Assembly (NCBI GenBank): GCA_046482845.1 | Contig: JAWOEJ010000291.1 | Span: 1 to 62,871 of the forward strand | Origin: Desulfobacteraceae bacterium | GTDB taxonomy: Bacteria; Desulfobacterota; Desulfobacteria; Desulfobacterales; Desulfobacteraceae | Length of the DNA stretch: 62,871 nt | Direction of reading: 5' to 3' | Shown: one piece after another, positions 8,052 to 18,202 of the stretch | Numbering within the stretch: position 1 is the stretch's first letter | How the letters are laid out: each line of letters opens with the position of its first letter | Translations under genes and position numbers: made by a program | The notes under the pieces: model-generated | The model's database searches: none | The model's input: only the letters and a program-made list of their open reading frames with translations | Told to the model about the DNA's origin: nothing

Positions 8052-9596
8052 ATGAACACGGACAACCGCATTATTATTTTTGATACCACCTTAAGAGACG
8101 GGGAGCAGTCACCAGGCGCCAGCATGAATACGGCAGAAAAGCTTCGGATTGCCACCCAGCTTGAAAAACTCGGGGTGGATGTGATTGAAGCGGGGTTTCC
8201 AGCTGCTTCAGACGGTGATTTCAATGCCGTAAAAATGATTTCAGAAAAACTTGAAAAATCTGAAATTGCAGCCCTGTGCAGAACCTCTCTGACAGATATA
8301 AACAGGGCCTGGGAAGCCGTCAAATCAGCAAAAAAACCAAGAATCCACACTTTTATTGCCACTTCCGACATTCACATGGAGTACAAACTCAAAATGTCAC
8401 GGGACCAGGTCATTGAAAGTGCGGTAAATGCCGTTCAATACGCTTCAAAACTGACTGACAATATTGAATTCTCTGCTGAAGACGGCTCCCGGAGCGACCC
8501 GGATTTTTTATGCCGGATATTTTCTGCTGTGATCGAGGCCGGTGCAACCACGGTCAACCTTCCTGACACTGTGGGATACGCCGTTCCTGATGAATTTTCA
8601 AACCTTGTCAGATATATTATCAAAAACACCAGAAATATTGATCAGGCCGTGTTAAGCGTGCACTGCCACAACGACCTCGGTCTTGCCACGGCCAATACCC
8701 TGGCCGCCATAAAAGCCGGTGCGCGCCAGGCAGAAGTAACCATCAACGGGATTGGAGAACGGGCCGGTAATACCTCTCTGGAAGAAATTGTCATGTCCCT
8801 GAGCACCCGCCCGAATTTTTACCCGGAAAAAACCGCCATTGACACCACAGGCCTCTACCCCATCTCCAGGCTGGTCAGTATGATAACAGGTATCATGGTG
8901 CAGCCCAACCGTGCCATTGTCGGGGCCAATGCCTTTGCCCACGAAGCCGGAATTCACCAGGACGGGGTATTAAAAAATCCCATGACCTATGAAATCATGA
9001 AACCGGAAACCATTGGGCTGAACCGGAACAAACTGGTGCTGGGCAAACATTCCGGGCGCCATGCCCTGCATTCCCATATTGCTGACATGGGGTATAATCT
9101 CTCTGAAGAGGAGCTGAACACGGTATTTAAAAAGTTCAAACACCTTGCCGACAGAAAAAAGAACATCCTTGACGAGGATATCGAGGCATTGATAAACGAA
9201 GGCGTACTGAGAAGCAATGAGGTCTTTACCCTTGACTACCTGCACGTTGCCTGCGGCACCACAGTATATCCAACGGCAACGGTTCACCTTCATATCAACA
9301 ACCGGATGACCAAGGGGACAACAGAAGGCAACGGCCCCATAGATGCGGTTTTCAATACCATCTCACGGCTGACCGACACAAAATCAGAACTGCTCAGATT
9401 CTCCATCAGCGCCCTGACCTCGGGCACTGACGCCCAGGGAGAGGTCACAGTAAGGCTCAGGGAAGACGGCATGGTCGCCCTTGGAAAAGGGGCTGACCCG
9501 GATATTATTACGGCCAGCGCCCTGGCCTATATCAATGGACTGAACCGGCTGGAGTACCTTAAGGAAAATCCTGTGGTCAAACCTGAAACCATTTAA
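8052..9596 (+). CDS. leuA: 2-isopropylmalate synthase
   Basis: 514 aa with IFDTTLRDGEQSPG, HCHNDLGLATANTLAA and a C-terminal LeuA allosteric domain. Confidence 0.92.
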   Translation: MNTDNRIIIFDTTLRDGEQSPGASMNTAEKLRIATQLEKLGVDVIEAGFPAASDGDFNAVKMISEKLEKSEIAALCRTSLTDINRAWEAVKSAKKPRIHTFIATSDIHMEYKLKMSRDQVIESAVNAVQYASKLTDNIEFSAEDGSRSDPDFLCRIFSAVIEAGATTVNLPDTVGYAVPDEFSNLVRYIIKNTRNIDQAVLSVHCHNDLGLATANTLAAIKAGARQAEVTINGIGERAGNTSLEEIVMSLSTRPNFYPEKTAIDTTGLYPISRLVSMITGIMVQPNRAIVGANAFAHEAGIHQDGVLKNPMTYEIMKPETIGLNRNKLVLGKHSGRHALHSHIADMGYNLSEEELNTVFKKFKHLADRKKNILDEDIEALINEGVLRSNEVFTLDYLHVACGTTVYPTATVHLHINNRMTKGTTEGNGPIDAVFNTISRLTDTKSELLRFSISALTSGTDAQGEVTVRLREDGMVALGKGADPDIITASALAYINGLNRLEYLKENPVVKPETI

Positions 9597-9602
9597 CCCA
9601 AT

Positions 9603-10172
9603 TTACAATCCAAGGTATCCCTTTTTCAAATCAGGGTCGGCTTTTTCGCCCAGACTGTATGTATAGTACATCTGGGCAAACCCCTCATCCTTAATGGTGC
9701 CCTTGACCTTACCATTAATCTTCAGGGTCAGCCCTTTTCCCGGCACATATACAGACTCTGAAACAGACCCGACCTTCATGTCCTCATCCAGCCATGAGAC
9801 ATACTGCTCTATCTGAGCCCGGTGGGCGTCAACAAGTTCAGGCGGATTGGTCTTTTCCATTTCTTCAATAAACCCATTCTGTATCTTTTCAGCAGTGGCT
9901 TTATTGGTCAGGTAGTAGAGGTAAAAATGTTTTACCTGTTCTGATTCAATAATTTCCCCGGGGTCCTGTGTTGGATGCTCTAGATACAGCCCGCCGGCAA
10001 ACACCTTGACAAACACAAAGGCCTTTCTTAACGCCGTACCGTTTAAAGTCAGTTTTTTCCCTTCCACGACCTTGGTGTCTGGAAAGTCAACCCCGGCCAG
10101 TTCCTCTGCACAGACAAAGGGAGACAAAACAAAAAGCAGGATAAACAGTGATACACCCAAATTTTTAAACAT
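9603..10172 (-). CDS. Secreted chalcone-isomerase-like family protein
   Basis: N-terminal signal peptide (MFKNLGVSLFILLFVLSPFVCA). LNGTALRKAFVFVKVFAGGLYL resembles the chalcone isomerase-like fold family. Called by eye only. Confidence 0.5.
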   Translation of the reverse strand: MFKNLGVSLFILLFVLSPFVCAEELAGVDFPDTKVVEGKKLTLNGTALRKAFVFVKVFAGGLYLEHPTQDPGEIIESEQVKHFYLYYLTNKATAEKIQNGFIEEMEKTNPPELVDAHRAQIEQYVSWLDEDMKVGSVSESVYVPGKGLTLKINGKVKGTIKDEGFAQMYYTYSLGEKADPDLKKGYLGL

Positions 10173-10395
10173 AATACACTCCTTTTAATTTTTACAATAA
10201 ACGTTTTAGATGATAAACACTGTTTTTCACATGACACACTTTTAAAAATTTTACCAGATTTTTTTATTTTTTTCTCAGGTCTGGTTACCCCCGCCGAAAT
10301 TCCCGGTCCTGACAGAACACCCACTGGAAAGGGGCTATTCAAAACACAGGATAACCCCGTGTCATGAGTGTCACTTCCGATTGAACCGCAATAAT

Positions 10396-10884
10396 TCATC
10401 CGTTTTCCCTGTAAAGGGCCAGCAGGCCGGACCTGGCCAGCTTCTTTATGCCAAAGGGGCGCAAAAGCATGAGCAGTTCATCTATTCTGTCCTGTTTTTC
10501 CGTTACTTCAAAGGTTAAGCGCTCTTTTCCGCTGTCAACCAGTTTGGCGTTAAACTCTACCATAATCGCATTAATATCTTCCCGGTTTTCCGGCAATACA
10601 TGAACGCAGACAATGGCAAGCTCCCGTTTGACCGCCTCTTTGCCCGTCATATCCCTGAGCTTGATCACATTGGTCAGCCGTCTGATCTGTTTCATGCACT
10701 GCTCCAGCTGAAGGGAATCTGCCCAGGTGGTGATGGTGATTCTGGACATTTCAGGATTTGCCGTGGGTGCTCCGCAGATGGTTTCAATATTATAGCCCCT
10801 GCCTGCAAAAAGGCCGGTAATCCGTGCTGTAACTCCTGGTTCATTTTCCACAAGCATGGTGAGAATATGCTTTTCCCGGGTCAT
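10396..10884 (-). CDS. Second, orphan acetolactate synthase small-subunit (ACT) paralogue
   Basis: 162 aa. LTMLVENEPGVTARITGLFAGRGYNIETI aligns by eye along the full length with the ilvN product at 4695-5186. AGGAGA RBS. It starts 34 nt downstream of the preceding gene. Confidence 0.85.
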   Translation of the reverse strand: MTREKHILTMLVENEPGVTARITGLFAGRGYNIETICGAPTANPEMSRITITTWADSLQLEQCMKQIRRLTNVIKLRDMTGKEAVKRELAIVCVHVLPENREDINAIMVEFNAKLVDSGKERLTFEVTEKQDRIDELLMLLRPFGIKKLARSGLLALYRENG

Positions 10885-10918
10885 AAAAATCTCCTGTTCT
10901 CATTTTCCTTAATGCTGA

Positions 10919-13276
10919 TTATTTGAATTTATCGGCCAGACTGCTGTCAATCACATAAATACACACCTCATTGGCGCCCTGCCTTGTGTAATCGAATTTT
11001 TTTATCATATTTCCCATGAGAAATTCAACATCACTTTTGATTCTTTTATCATAGGTTTTAAACTCCTCCGTTTCAAAATCTTTTATGGCCCGCCTGAAAT
11101 TATCATTTTTAAGAAAGGGGTCAAGAACCTTTTTCTTTAAATTATGCACATATCTTTCATGGAGACTGTTAAAGAGCTTTGTTTCTGAAATATCTTTTTC
11201 CTCAACCATGATCTCTTTGGAAAGGGCCTCAGTGGTGTATTGTTTTAACACATCAAGGCGCATGCCTTCCCGTCTTTTTTTATCATAATTATCCGCAAAA
11301 AGCCGGTTTTCTATACTTTCAAGGAAATCCTCGCTCACATTCAGGGGTTCTCCGGTAAAAATACAATTCACCTGGGCGCCTGTTTCAAAATTGACAGCAG
11401 AGATATAATTTTTAATGTCCTTGGTTATCCTTTCCTCATTATAGTAGTAAAGGGACTCCTTTACCTGCTGAAGCACGGTGTAATCATACATGCGTAAGAT
11501 GGATTCCAGAAATCCATCCGGTATCATATGGGGTCTGTCCTTAATCAGAGATCTGAAAAAAGAGCACAGAACCGGCATGTTGATCAGTCTGTCCTCCTTG
11601 GCATACCTGGAATAGAACTGATCAAATATACGAATGGAATCCCGTCCTGAAACCCCCTCATTTCCTTCAGATTCAGATTCTGCAATGATTTTGCGCCACA
11701 TTTTGGATGTCAGTGCTTTTCTGTCATCATCATGAAGCCACTCTGGAAGATGCCCTGAATAGAGTTCAATTTTTAAAAGCATGAGGTTTTCATCGCAGTA
11801 ACGCCTGTATTTCACGGGGTCCTTTATCCATTCAGAAAGGCTTTTTGACTTTTCCTTTAACCTGGAGGCAATAATGATCCGTGCAAAATTCTCCATGACC
11901 ATGGGCAGAAAACTCTCGTCAATATGCCGTCCAAAAATATTATGATAGATCTTCACCTCTGTTTTGATATCAAGAACATAGGGAATATTAATATATAAAA
12001 TTCGATCGGAAAAAGAGGGGAAATCCTTGATATTGTTCTTATCTTCAGGATTCATAAGGGCAAGAAAAAGGGAGTTGACCTTTTCCTCCAGATCTTCAAC
12101 TTTGTGGACCGCCTCACTGATAATATTGTGGAGTTCAACCATCCGCTCGGTGTTATGGGATTTTATATCCATCAATGCATAAATACCATTGTTGGTTTTG
12201 GCATACCTGGAATAGATATAATTAATCACATTGGAATCCTGAAAAAGCCTGTTTATACGGTTCTGCAGCATCTGATTGGACATGACGATTTCCCGTAACG
12301 GCTTGTCACCGGGATTGAACACACTGATCCCCATACCCAGGCGCCGGTTAAAATAATACGGCCTGGCATAGAGCATATCAAATACCTTTTCAGGGGTGCC
12401 TAACCGTTCCAGAAGGGCCTGGTAAATGGAAGCACATATGGTGCACGGCTCTTCCTTGAACACCCATTCATACTCTTTTTCAGTAAAGAGCCGCCATTTG
12501 AATTTATCATTTTTAATCAGCCGGTCCAGAAGGCTGCGCCTCTGATTCACCGGCACAATGAGCAAAGGATTGTCATGGGATATACAGGGAATCTCAATAA
12601 ATTTCTTATCCCCCACTGGAACGGCTTCAGATTTCAACTTTTTCTTCACCCCGTTCTCACCGGAAGAATCAATGAGCTGAACCAGTTTTTCAATGGCGGA
12701 AACAGTTTCACCTCCCCCTGGATCACCTAATTTTTTTACGTCAAGGCGCCAGATCACTTCATACCGCATGCCCCCGGGGGTATTGGCATATTTTTCAAAT
12801 TTTTTCAGAAGATTGTTCAAAAAAGTACTTTTACCGCATCCATGGGGGCCGTAGAAAATATAAATGCGATTCTGCTGGGCGCCGTGGCGCAGGCCCTCCA
12901 TGTGTTTCATCAATCTGTTGGCAAACAGACGGTCTGTAAAATACGGATTGTCCGACCCTTCTTCAAACAGACGGGAACAGTCATAATCCGTAAAATTAAA
13001 CTCATCTGGATCATCTGCTATGGAATCATCAATCACATCCACATGGGTGGTCATCATGTCATAAAAGGTTTGAAAAATATTTCTGATGATCAAAGAGGGA
13101 TTTTCAGACAAAAGATCCAGAAAATGATAAAACGAGACAGGCTTTAATCTTTTAAAATCTGAATCATCCCTGTTCAGAAACTCAACCGCCTCTTTCCCGG
13201 ATAAAATTTCGCTGCTTTGCTCTGCAACGGTTTGAACAGAACTTTTTTCTTGTTTTCCGGTCTTGTTGTTGTCCAT
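10919..13276 (-). CDS. Divergent PrkA-like P-loop protein (paralogue of the prkA at 16139-18202)
   Basis: Walker A (IFYGPHGCGKST). Segments align by eye with the PrkA AAA and C-terminal domains (GIYALMDI versus GGIHFSDEI; NEGVSGRDSIRIF versus the PrkA C-terminal motif). The start is set at the ATG at 13276 (MDNNKTG) to remove the overlap with spoVR. Confidence 0.55.
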   Translation of the reverse strand: MDNNKTGKQEKSSVQTVAEQSSEILSGKEAVEFLNRDDSDFKRLKPVSFYHFLDLLSENPSLIIRNIFQTFYDMMTTHVDVIDDSIADDPDEFNFTDYDCSRLFEEGSDNPYFTDRLFANRLMKHMEGLRHGAQQNRIYIFYGPHGCGKSTFLNNLLKKFEKYANTPGGMRYEVIWRLDVKKLGDPGGGETVSAIEKLVQLIDSSGENGVKKKLKSEAVPVGDKKFIEIPCISHDNPLLIVPVNQRRSLLDRLIKNDKFKWRLFTEKEYEWVFKEEPCTICASIYQALLERLGTPEKVFDMLYARPYYFNRRLGMGISVFNPGDKPLREIVMSNQMLQNRINRLFQDSNVINYIYSRYAKTNNGIYALMDIKSHNTERMVELHNIISEAVHKVEDLEEKVNSLFLALMNPEDKNNIKDFPSFSDRILYINIPYVLDIKTEVKIYHNIFGRHIDESFLPMVMENFARIIIASRLKEKSKSLSEWIKDPVKYRRYCDENLMLLKIELYSGHLPEWLHDDDRKALTSKMWRKIIAESESEGNEGVSGRDSIRIFDQFYSRYAKEDRLINMPVLCSFFRSLIKDRPHMIPDGFLESILRMYDYTVLQQVKESLYYYNEERITKDIKNYISAVNFETGAQVNCIFTGEPLNVSEDFLESIENRLFADNYDKKRREGMRLDVLKQYTTEALSKEIMVEEKDISETKLFNSLHERYVHNLKKKVLDPFLKNDNFRRAIKDFETEEFKTYDKRIKSDVEFLMGNMIKKFDYTRQGANEVCIYVIDSSLADKFK

Positions 13277-13281
13277 GCTGA

Positions 13282-14943
13282 TCACATCTCCCTTTTTTGG
13301 AGCTTTCGGTCTCCCATAATATACAGCACCTTTTTCCATGTTACAGAAGGCTTTTCTTTCTTTGGCTGGGCAGGAAAGGAAGGGTGCCAGAAATCCACCC
13401 CAGGCTTGCTGCCCGACGGGTCTTTAACCGGCTCAAAGGTTTCAAGTTTCACAGGCCCCCCCCAGAGATATTCAATCCCCACCATGGTATTGTTAATAAA
13501 ATCCTTTTTCAGGGGCTTGCCTTCAAATTTATGAATCAGGTACAAGGGGCCATGCTGGGTTTTTTCATGGTCAACCGTTATAACAGGGGGATGATAAAGG
13601 GTATCAATGATCATATCCCTGTAGTCATCGGCATTTCTGGATTTTACATAGTACTCCCAGGCCATTTTTGCACGGTTCAACCGTTTCCCTGACACAAAAA
13701 GTCTGTGCCTGTTTACAAAATCCTGATCAATAAACTGATTGACAAATGTAAAGTCACACATATTCTCTCGTACGGCAAAGAGCAAATCCATGCCTCTGCC
13801 CTGATACGCGGTGTTATTGTATTTTTTCCGTTTAACTTCATCCCGTTGAAAAAAATAATCAAAGGAATAACAGCCTCGATCTCCCATATCCCTGATATGG
13901 TACAGCAGGCGCATGCCAAGGGCATAGGGATTCAACCCCACCTTGGGCATGGATGTTACTGTGGCATTTACTTTGGCAAAATCTGTTTCATGCCCTTTTA
14001 TCCGGTTGTCCTGCATAAAAAGGGTTTCGTGCCAGAAGCTGGCCCAGCCCTCATTAATGGTCTTGGTTCTTATCTGGGGCTGAAAAAAAAGAGATGTTTC
14101 CCTGACGATCTCAATGACGGACTTCATCCACTGATTTTCCTCTTTTTTCAATAAAGCAGAATTCTGGATGATATACTCCATCACATCCAGTTTTTTCTTT
14201 TCTTTTTTCTCCAGGTTTTTTTGAAACATGGCCTCAAATTCAGGGTGTTTTGCAATCACCTCTGAAAAAAACATATTCTCCTGAAAATCGGTATTCTCTT
14301 TTTTCAGGGTATTATAGCGTTCAATCTCCTTTAAAAAAGTATTTTGACTTTCTTTTTTTTCCTGCTGGAGAAACACATCAAAATAATAGTCCAGTTTACA
14401 GATATTTTTCCGCCCGTTCTCGCTGAACCGCCGGGACAGCTGGTTCTGATAGCCTATAATATTGTCAACTCCCCTGGCAAATTCAATCACATAGTCTACC
14501 CACCGCCCCTTTTCAGAACGGTACCTGGCTATGATACGCTTGTCGCTGAGGGCCTGGCCGGTGAAATCATAATCCCAGGTATGACTGAAAAACAAATTGT
14601 TCTGAAAAAAATCAATGTGACCCAGTACATGATAAAAAATCATCACGTTGAGCCAGTCCGGATTGTTGTCATTGTAGAAAGAAATGGCAGGACGGGTATT
14701 GATAACCGTTTCATAGGGATTGCCCGGATAGAGTTCATACATGCCCTTGCCCGACAGAACCTTTACATCATGCACCCAGTAATCATACAACGTCGGAATC
14801 ATCACCTTTGGGGAAAGTTCCAACATATCCCGGTTGGTAACAATATACTCCAGGGTCTCGTTATCAAAGGTAAGCCCTGCATCCCTGGCTCTTTTCTTGC
14901 AGCCTTCCATAATTTTCTTGACATGCTGGTCGATAATTTCCAT
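13282..14943 (-). CDS. SpoVR/YcgB family protein
   Basis: 553 aa. YHVLGHIDFFQNN and the overall architecture are typical of SpoVR. It occupies the third position of the prkA-yeaH-spoVR triad. Confidence 0.9.
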   Translation of the reverse strand: MEIIDQHVKKIMEGCKKRARDAGLTFDNETLEYIVTNRDMLELSPKVMIPTLYDYWVHDVKVLSGKGMYELYPGNPYETVINTRPAISFYNDNNPDWLNVMIFYHVLGHIDFFQNNLFFSHTWDYDFTGQALSDKRIIARYRSEKGRWVDYVIEFARGVDNIIGYQNQLSRRFSENGRKNICKLDYYFDVFLQQEKKESQNTFLKEIERYNTLKKENTDFQENMFFSEVIAKHPEFEAMFQKNLEKKEKKKLDVMEYIIQNSALLKKEENQWMKSVIEIVRETSLFFQPQIRTKTINEGWASFWHETLFMQDNRIKGHETDFAKVNATVTSMPKVGLNPYALGMRLLYHIRDMGDRGCYSFDYFFQRDEVKRKKYNNTAYQGRGMDLLFAVRENMCDFTFVNQFIDQDFVNRHRLFVSGKRLNRAKMAWEYYVKSRNADDYRDMIIDTLYHPPVITVDHEKTQHGPLYLIHKFEGKPLKKDFINNTMVGIEYLWGGPVKLETFEPVKDPSGSKPGVDFWHPSFPAQPKKEKPSVTWKKVLYIMGDRKLQKREM

Positions 14944-14969
14944 ACCTTCTCCCGGTTTGAGTTGACTGT

Positions 14970-16139
14970 TCAGGAAATAAGGTATTTTATTCCCTGGATA
15001 ATCCGTGTATCATCGGAATCCTCACTGAGAACATCCATTCTTAAAAAATCCTTGTGTTTTTCCAAAAGATTTGATGCCTTGATATATTTTTCCACCTCGG
15101 TCTGACTGGATGAGGAATATGAATGCTCGGCAATGGTAATTCCGATTCTGGCAGCGTATCCAAGCATTTTTTCGATTTCTGCCAGGGTTTCCTTTCCCTC
15201 CTTGTCCCAGTCATCCCCGTCTGTCCCGTAGAACACATAAATATTATAATCCCTTGCCAGATTCTCTTTTTCTACAATCTCATTGACCAGACTGAACGCT
15301 GAGACCACCCTGGTTCCTCCGGCCACCCTGTAGGAGTAGTACCTGTAAAAGTCAGCCACCTCTTTTGCCTCTGTATCATGGAGAATAAACCGTGTTTCCA
15401 CCTGTTTTTCATACTGGTACAGCAGCCAGGAATAAATCATGACATGCTGGGACACAACGGTCTGGGTGGGCTTTCCCCCCATTGATCCTGAATAGTCCCG
15501 CAGAAAGAAGATCAATGCCTGGGATTCATAGGCCTTTTCCCTGGAAAGGATGCGGTAGATCATGTCTGAAGGAGAAATAATAAATTTCAAGGGGTCAATA
15601 TCGTTTATATCTGAAATATTATCCAGACTGATATTGGTCTGAACAATCCGTTTCAGGGTGGCCTTTTTGTCGAGCATCTGACCAAACCCCCTGTTTTTGT
15701 CTGTCATCTCATAAACATAGCGTGCCAGGGTTCTTTTTTTTCCTTTGTCCTGGAGGTTGGGCAGTTCAAAATCCTCGGACAACACCCTGCCGAGATCATA
15801 GGCATTGGATTCAAATTCATGTTCTCCACCAGACCCCTGTCCCGGGCCCTCCCCTTCTCCTTCTTCTCCTTCCTGTTCTGACGGGCGTATGGGCTGTTCA
15901 CCGATGATATCGCCCTCTTCGCCTTCTCCTGTCCCGCCTGTGGGTTCCCCTTCACCGCTTTGTTCATCAAAATCAATCTCATCATGGACAAATTTCTCTT
16001 CAACCGTTGTGGGAACAATAACAATTCTGTCCTTGCCGCCCTGTACAGGCTTTACAATGCGGCCGATACGGATCTTTTTACTGAATCCGTCCTCCTGCCT
16101 CTGTTTGTCCCTTTCCAGAAGTTCATCCAGAGTAACCAT
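14970..16139 (-). CDS. YeaH/YhbH family (DUF444, vWA-like) protein
   Basis: 389 aa with an acidic Gly/Glu-rich linker and FFLRDYSGSMGG (MIDAS-like). Its start overlaps the prkA stop (TAATG). Confidence 0.9.
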   Translation of the reverse strand: MVTLDELLERDKQRQEDGFSKKIRIGRIVKPVQGGKDRIVIVPTTVEEKFVHDEIDFDEQSGEGEPTGGTGEGEEGDIIGEQPIRPSEQEGEEGEGEGPGQGSGGEHEFESNAYDLGRVLSEDFELPNLQDKGKKRTLARYVYEMTDKNRGFGQMLDKKATLKRIVQTNISLDNISDINDIDPLKFIISPSDMIYRILSREKAYESQALIFFLRDYSGSMGGKPTQTVVSQHVMIYSWLLYQYEKQVETRFILHDTEAKEVADFYRYYSYRVAGGTRVVSAFSLVNEIVEKENLARDYNIYVFYGTDGDDWDKEGKETLAEIEKMLGYAARIGITIAEHSYSSSSQTEVEKYIKASNLLEKHKDFLRMDVLSEDSDDTRIIQGIKYLIS

Positions 16140-18202
16140 TATTTGTCATCCTCCTGGCTGCAGAAATACTCTATGGTTTTCTGGGCACAGGTTGGACAAT
16201 AGCCCAGTTTTTCCGTCATGGTGCTGATCATGCGGTCATGGAGCTTCTGATTTTCCTCATTGGTTCTATTGGCCAGGGCGCCCACCAGACTGCCGGCACC
16301 GGCAATATCAGATTTTAGCCTCACATCGGTGATGGCCTTGACCAGCTCAAGATTATCCATAAAATCGTAATCCGGCTCAACTGAAATCTTCTGACCGTAA
16401 ATCTTTCTTATTGTATTTCTAAAGGAGGAGCGCTGCTCTTCTGTTTTAAGGCCCAGCCGTTCTTCAACATTATTGATATATCTTTCATCAATCTTCATGG
16501 CCTTAAGCTCCCCGGTCTGGGGATCCTTGTACTTCCACATCATGTCAGGCCCCAGATATTCAGCATCTATGCCGATAATCATATTCACATAGTTCATTAC
16601 ATCTTTTTTAATGGCCAGCGGTTCATCCATGTAGGCATTGAACATCTCGGTCATTATCCTCTCCCTGTACAGCCCCCGGGCGGTTTTCAGATCTTCCATA
16701 TACTTGGTTCTGTCCCCGGGCTCTGATACATAGTCCAGTACCACCTTTTCCAGGGTTTTAAAAATATCCAGGGCAAACATACAGGTCCCCTCGTTGGTTT
16801 CAGAGCTTTCAAGCAGAAGCTGAATGGCCCGGCCAAGGTTGCGCTGTCCCAGCCCTTTCTGACCGAACCGCCTGGTAATATCAATTTCCTGATTCAGGGT
16901 ATCAATAAGTTCAGCCAGGGTTTTTAAACTCTTTTCTCCAGCCACCTCCCCTGCGGCGAGTTTCATGGTTTCCACAGGGGTGAGCTTTTCAGATTTCGGC
17001 AGCCGGGTCAGCACCACACCCACAGATGCGGCATAGTTCAAATTGGGATCCTGATGAAGATTTTCACGGTTGATGGTGCTTTTTACATCATTGCCGATTG
17101 CGTACTCTGTCAACTCCTTCTGGAGCTTGTAATCGGTATTGTGAGCCACATAGGAGATACGGCAGCGGTCAACAATGGGGGCTTCCTCTCTTTCCGCCAG
17201 AAACGAGTTGAATTCTGAATTGTTGCTTGTGGCAATGATCAAGGTGTCAATAGGCCACTTAAACCCGTCAATTTCAATATTGCGGTTCTGGATCACGCCA
17301 AGGTATACCTGAACCAGATCTTTTTTGTTCTTGTAAATTTCATCACTGAAATGAATGCCTCCTCCGGCTACCCTGGCAAGGGCCCCCCGTCTCAGGTCAA
17401 ACCGATAGGGATTGTTGGTGTCTGTAATGTGCAGAAGCCTCTGAATGGACTCTTCCCCTAAAAGATCCACTGCAGAAGAGGTGATCTTGTCCTTGGCCGG
17501 GTACTTCCCTGTTATGGTGCCAAGGCTTTCTATCATGGGCACAGGGACAACTTCCACCATGGACAGCATTTTATCCATATCATTGTCAGCATATTCCAGG
17601 ATCTGATTCCAGATATATCCGGAGCAGGCACCCAGGGGCCGGTATTTTTCAAACAGGAGATCGATTTCCTTGTCAGAAAAGTTAAAGGTTTTTGCCAGGT
17701 AATCCTGTGTTTCAGCCCGGGTTTCACAAAGCCCCATGGCCAGGACCATGGGATCCTCATAGGTCTGGGATTCAATGGTTTTAATCCTGCCGTATCCCTC
17801 AAGCCGGTCAAGATCTGTAAACCTGAAGGTATACTTTCTATTCTCTTTCTGGGACAGGAACTCCCGGTACCGGTCACAGAGATAGTCTACAAAAAAGGTT
17901 TTTCCATTGCCTGGTTCTCCCACAAGCACGTAGGCCATCTCCCTGGAAGACCCCCCTTCTGAAGCATCCTTGACAAAGGAGACAAAACTGTTGATCTCAT
18001 CGTACATCCCCACCAGATGCTTTTTACCTTTGCTGAACAAATCAAAATGATACGTGCTCCTCCCCTTGACCGTTATTTTATCAACACCAGCACTGAGGAT
18101 CATTCGTGTGACGCCCTGAAAGGCATCCTCAAAGGTTCTTTTTCCCCTTCGAACCGCATCAATATGATTCATAAGAGATTTTGGATCATAATTTTCGCCC
18201 AT
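16139..18202 (-). CDS. prkA: PrkA/YeaG family serine protein kinase (AAA-type)
   Basis: 687 aa with VLVGEPGNGKTFF (Walker A), GGIHFSDEI (Walker B) and a PrkA C-terminal domain. Confidence 0.93.
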   Translation of the reverse strand: MGENYDPKSLMNHIDAVRRGKRTFEDAFQGVTRMILSAGVDKITVKGRSTYHFDLFSKGKKHLVGMYDEINSFVSFVKDASEGGSSREMAYVLVGEPGNGKTFFVDYLCDRYREFLSQKENRKYTFRFTDLDRLEGYGRIKTIESQTYEDPMVLAMGLCETRAETQDYLAKTFNFSDKEIDLLFEKYRPLGACSGYIWNQILEYADNDMDKMLSMVEVVPVPMIESLGTITGKYPAKDKITSSAVDLLGEESIQRLLHITDTNNPYRFDLRRGALARVAGGGIHFSDEIYKNKKDLVQVYLGVIQNRNIEIDGFKWPIDTLIIATSNNSEFNSFLAEREEAPIVDRCRISYVAHNTDYKLQKELTEYAIGNDVKSTINRENLHQDPNLNYAASVGVVLTRLPKSEKLTPVETMKLAAGEVAGEKSLKTLAELIDTLNQEIDITRRFGQKGLGQRNLGRAIQLLLESSETNEGTCMFALDIFKTLEKVVLDYVSEPGDRTKYMEDLKTARGLYRERIMTEMFNAYMDEPLAIKKDVMNYVNMIIGIDAEYLGPDMMWKYKDPQTGELKAMKIDERYINNVEERLGLKTEEQRSSFRNTIRKIYGQKISVEPDYDFMDNLELVKAITDVRLKSDIAGAGSLVGALANRTNEENQKLHDRMISTMTEKLGYCPTCAQKTIEYFCSQEDDK

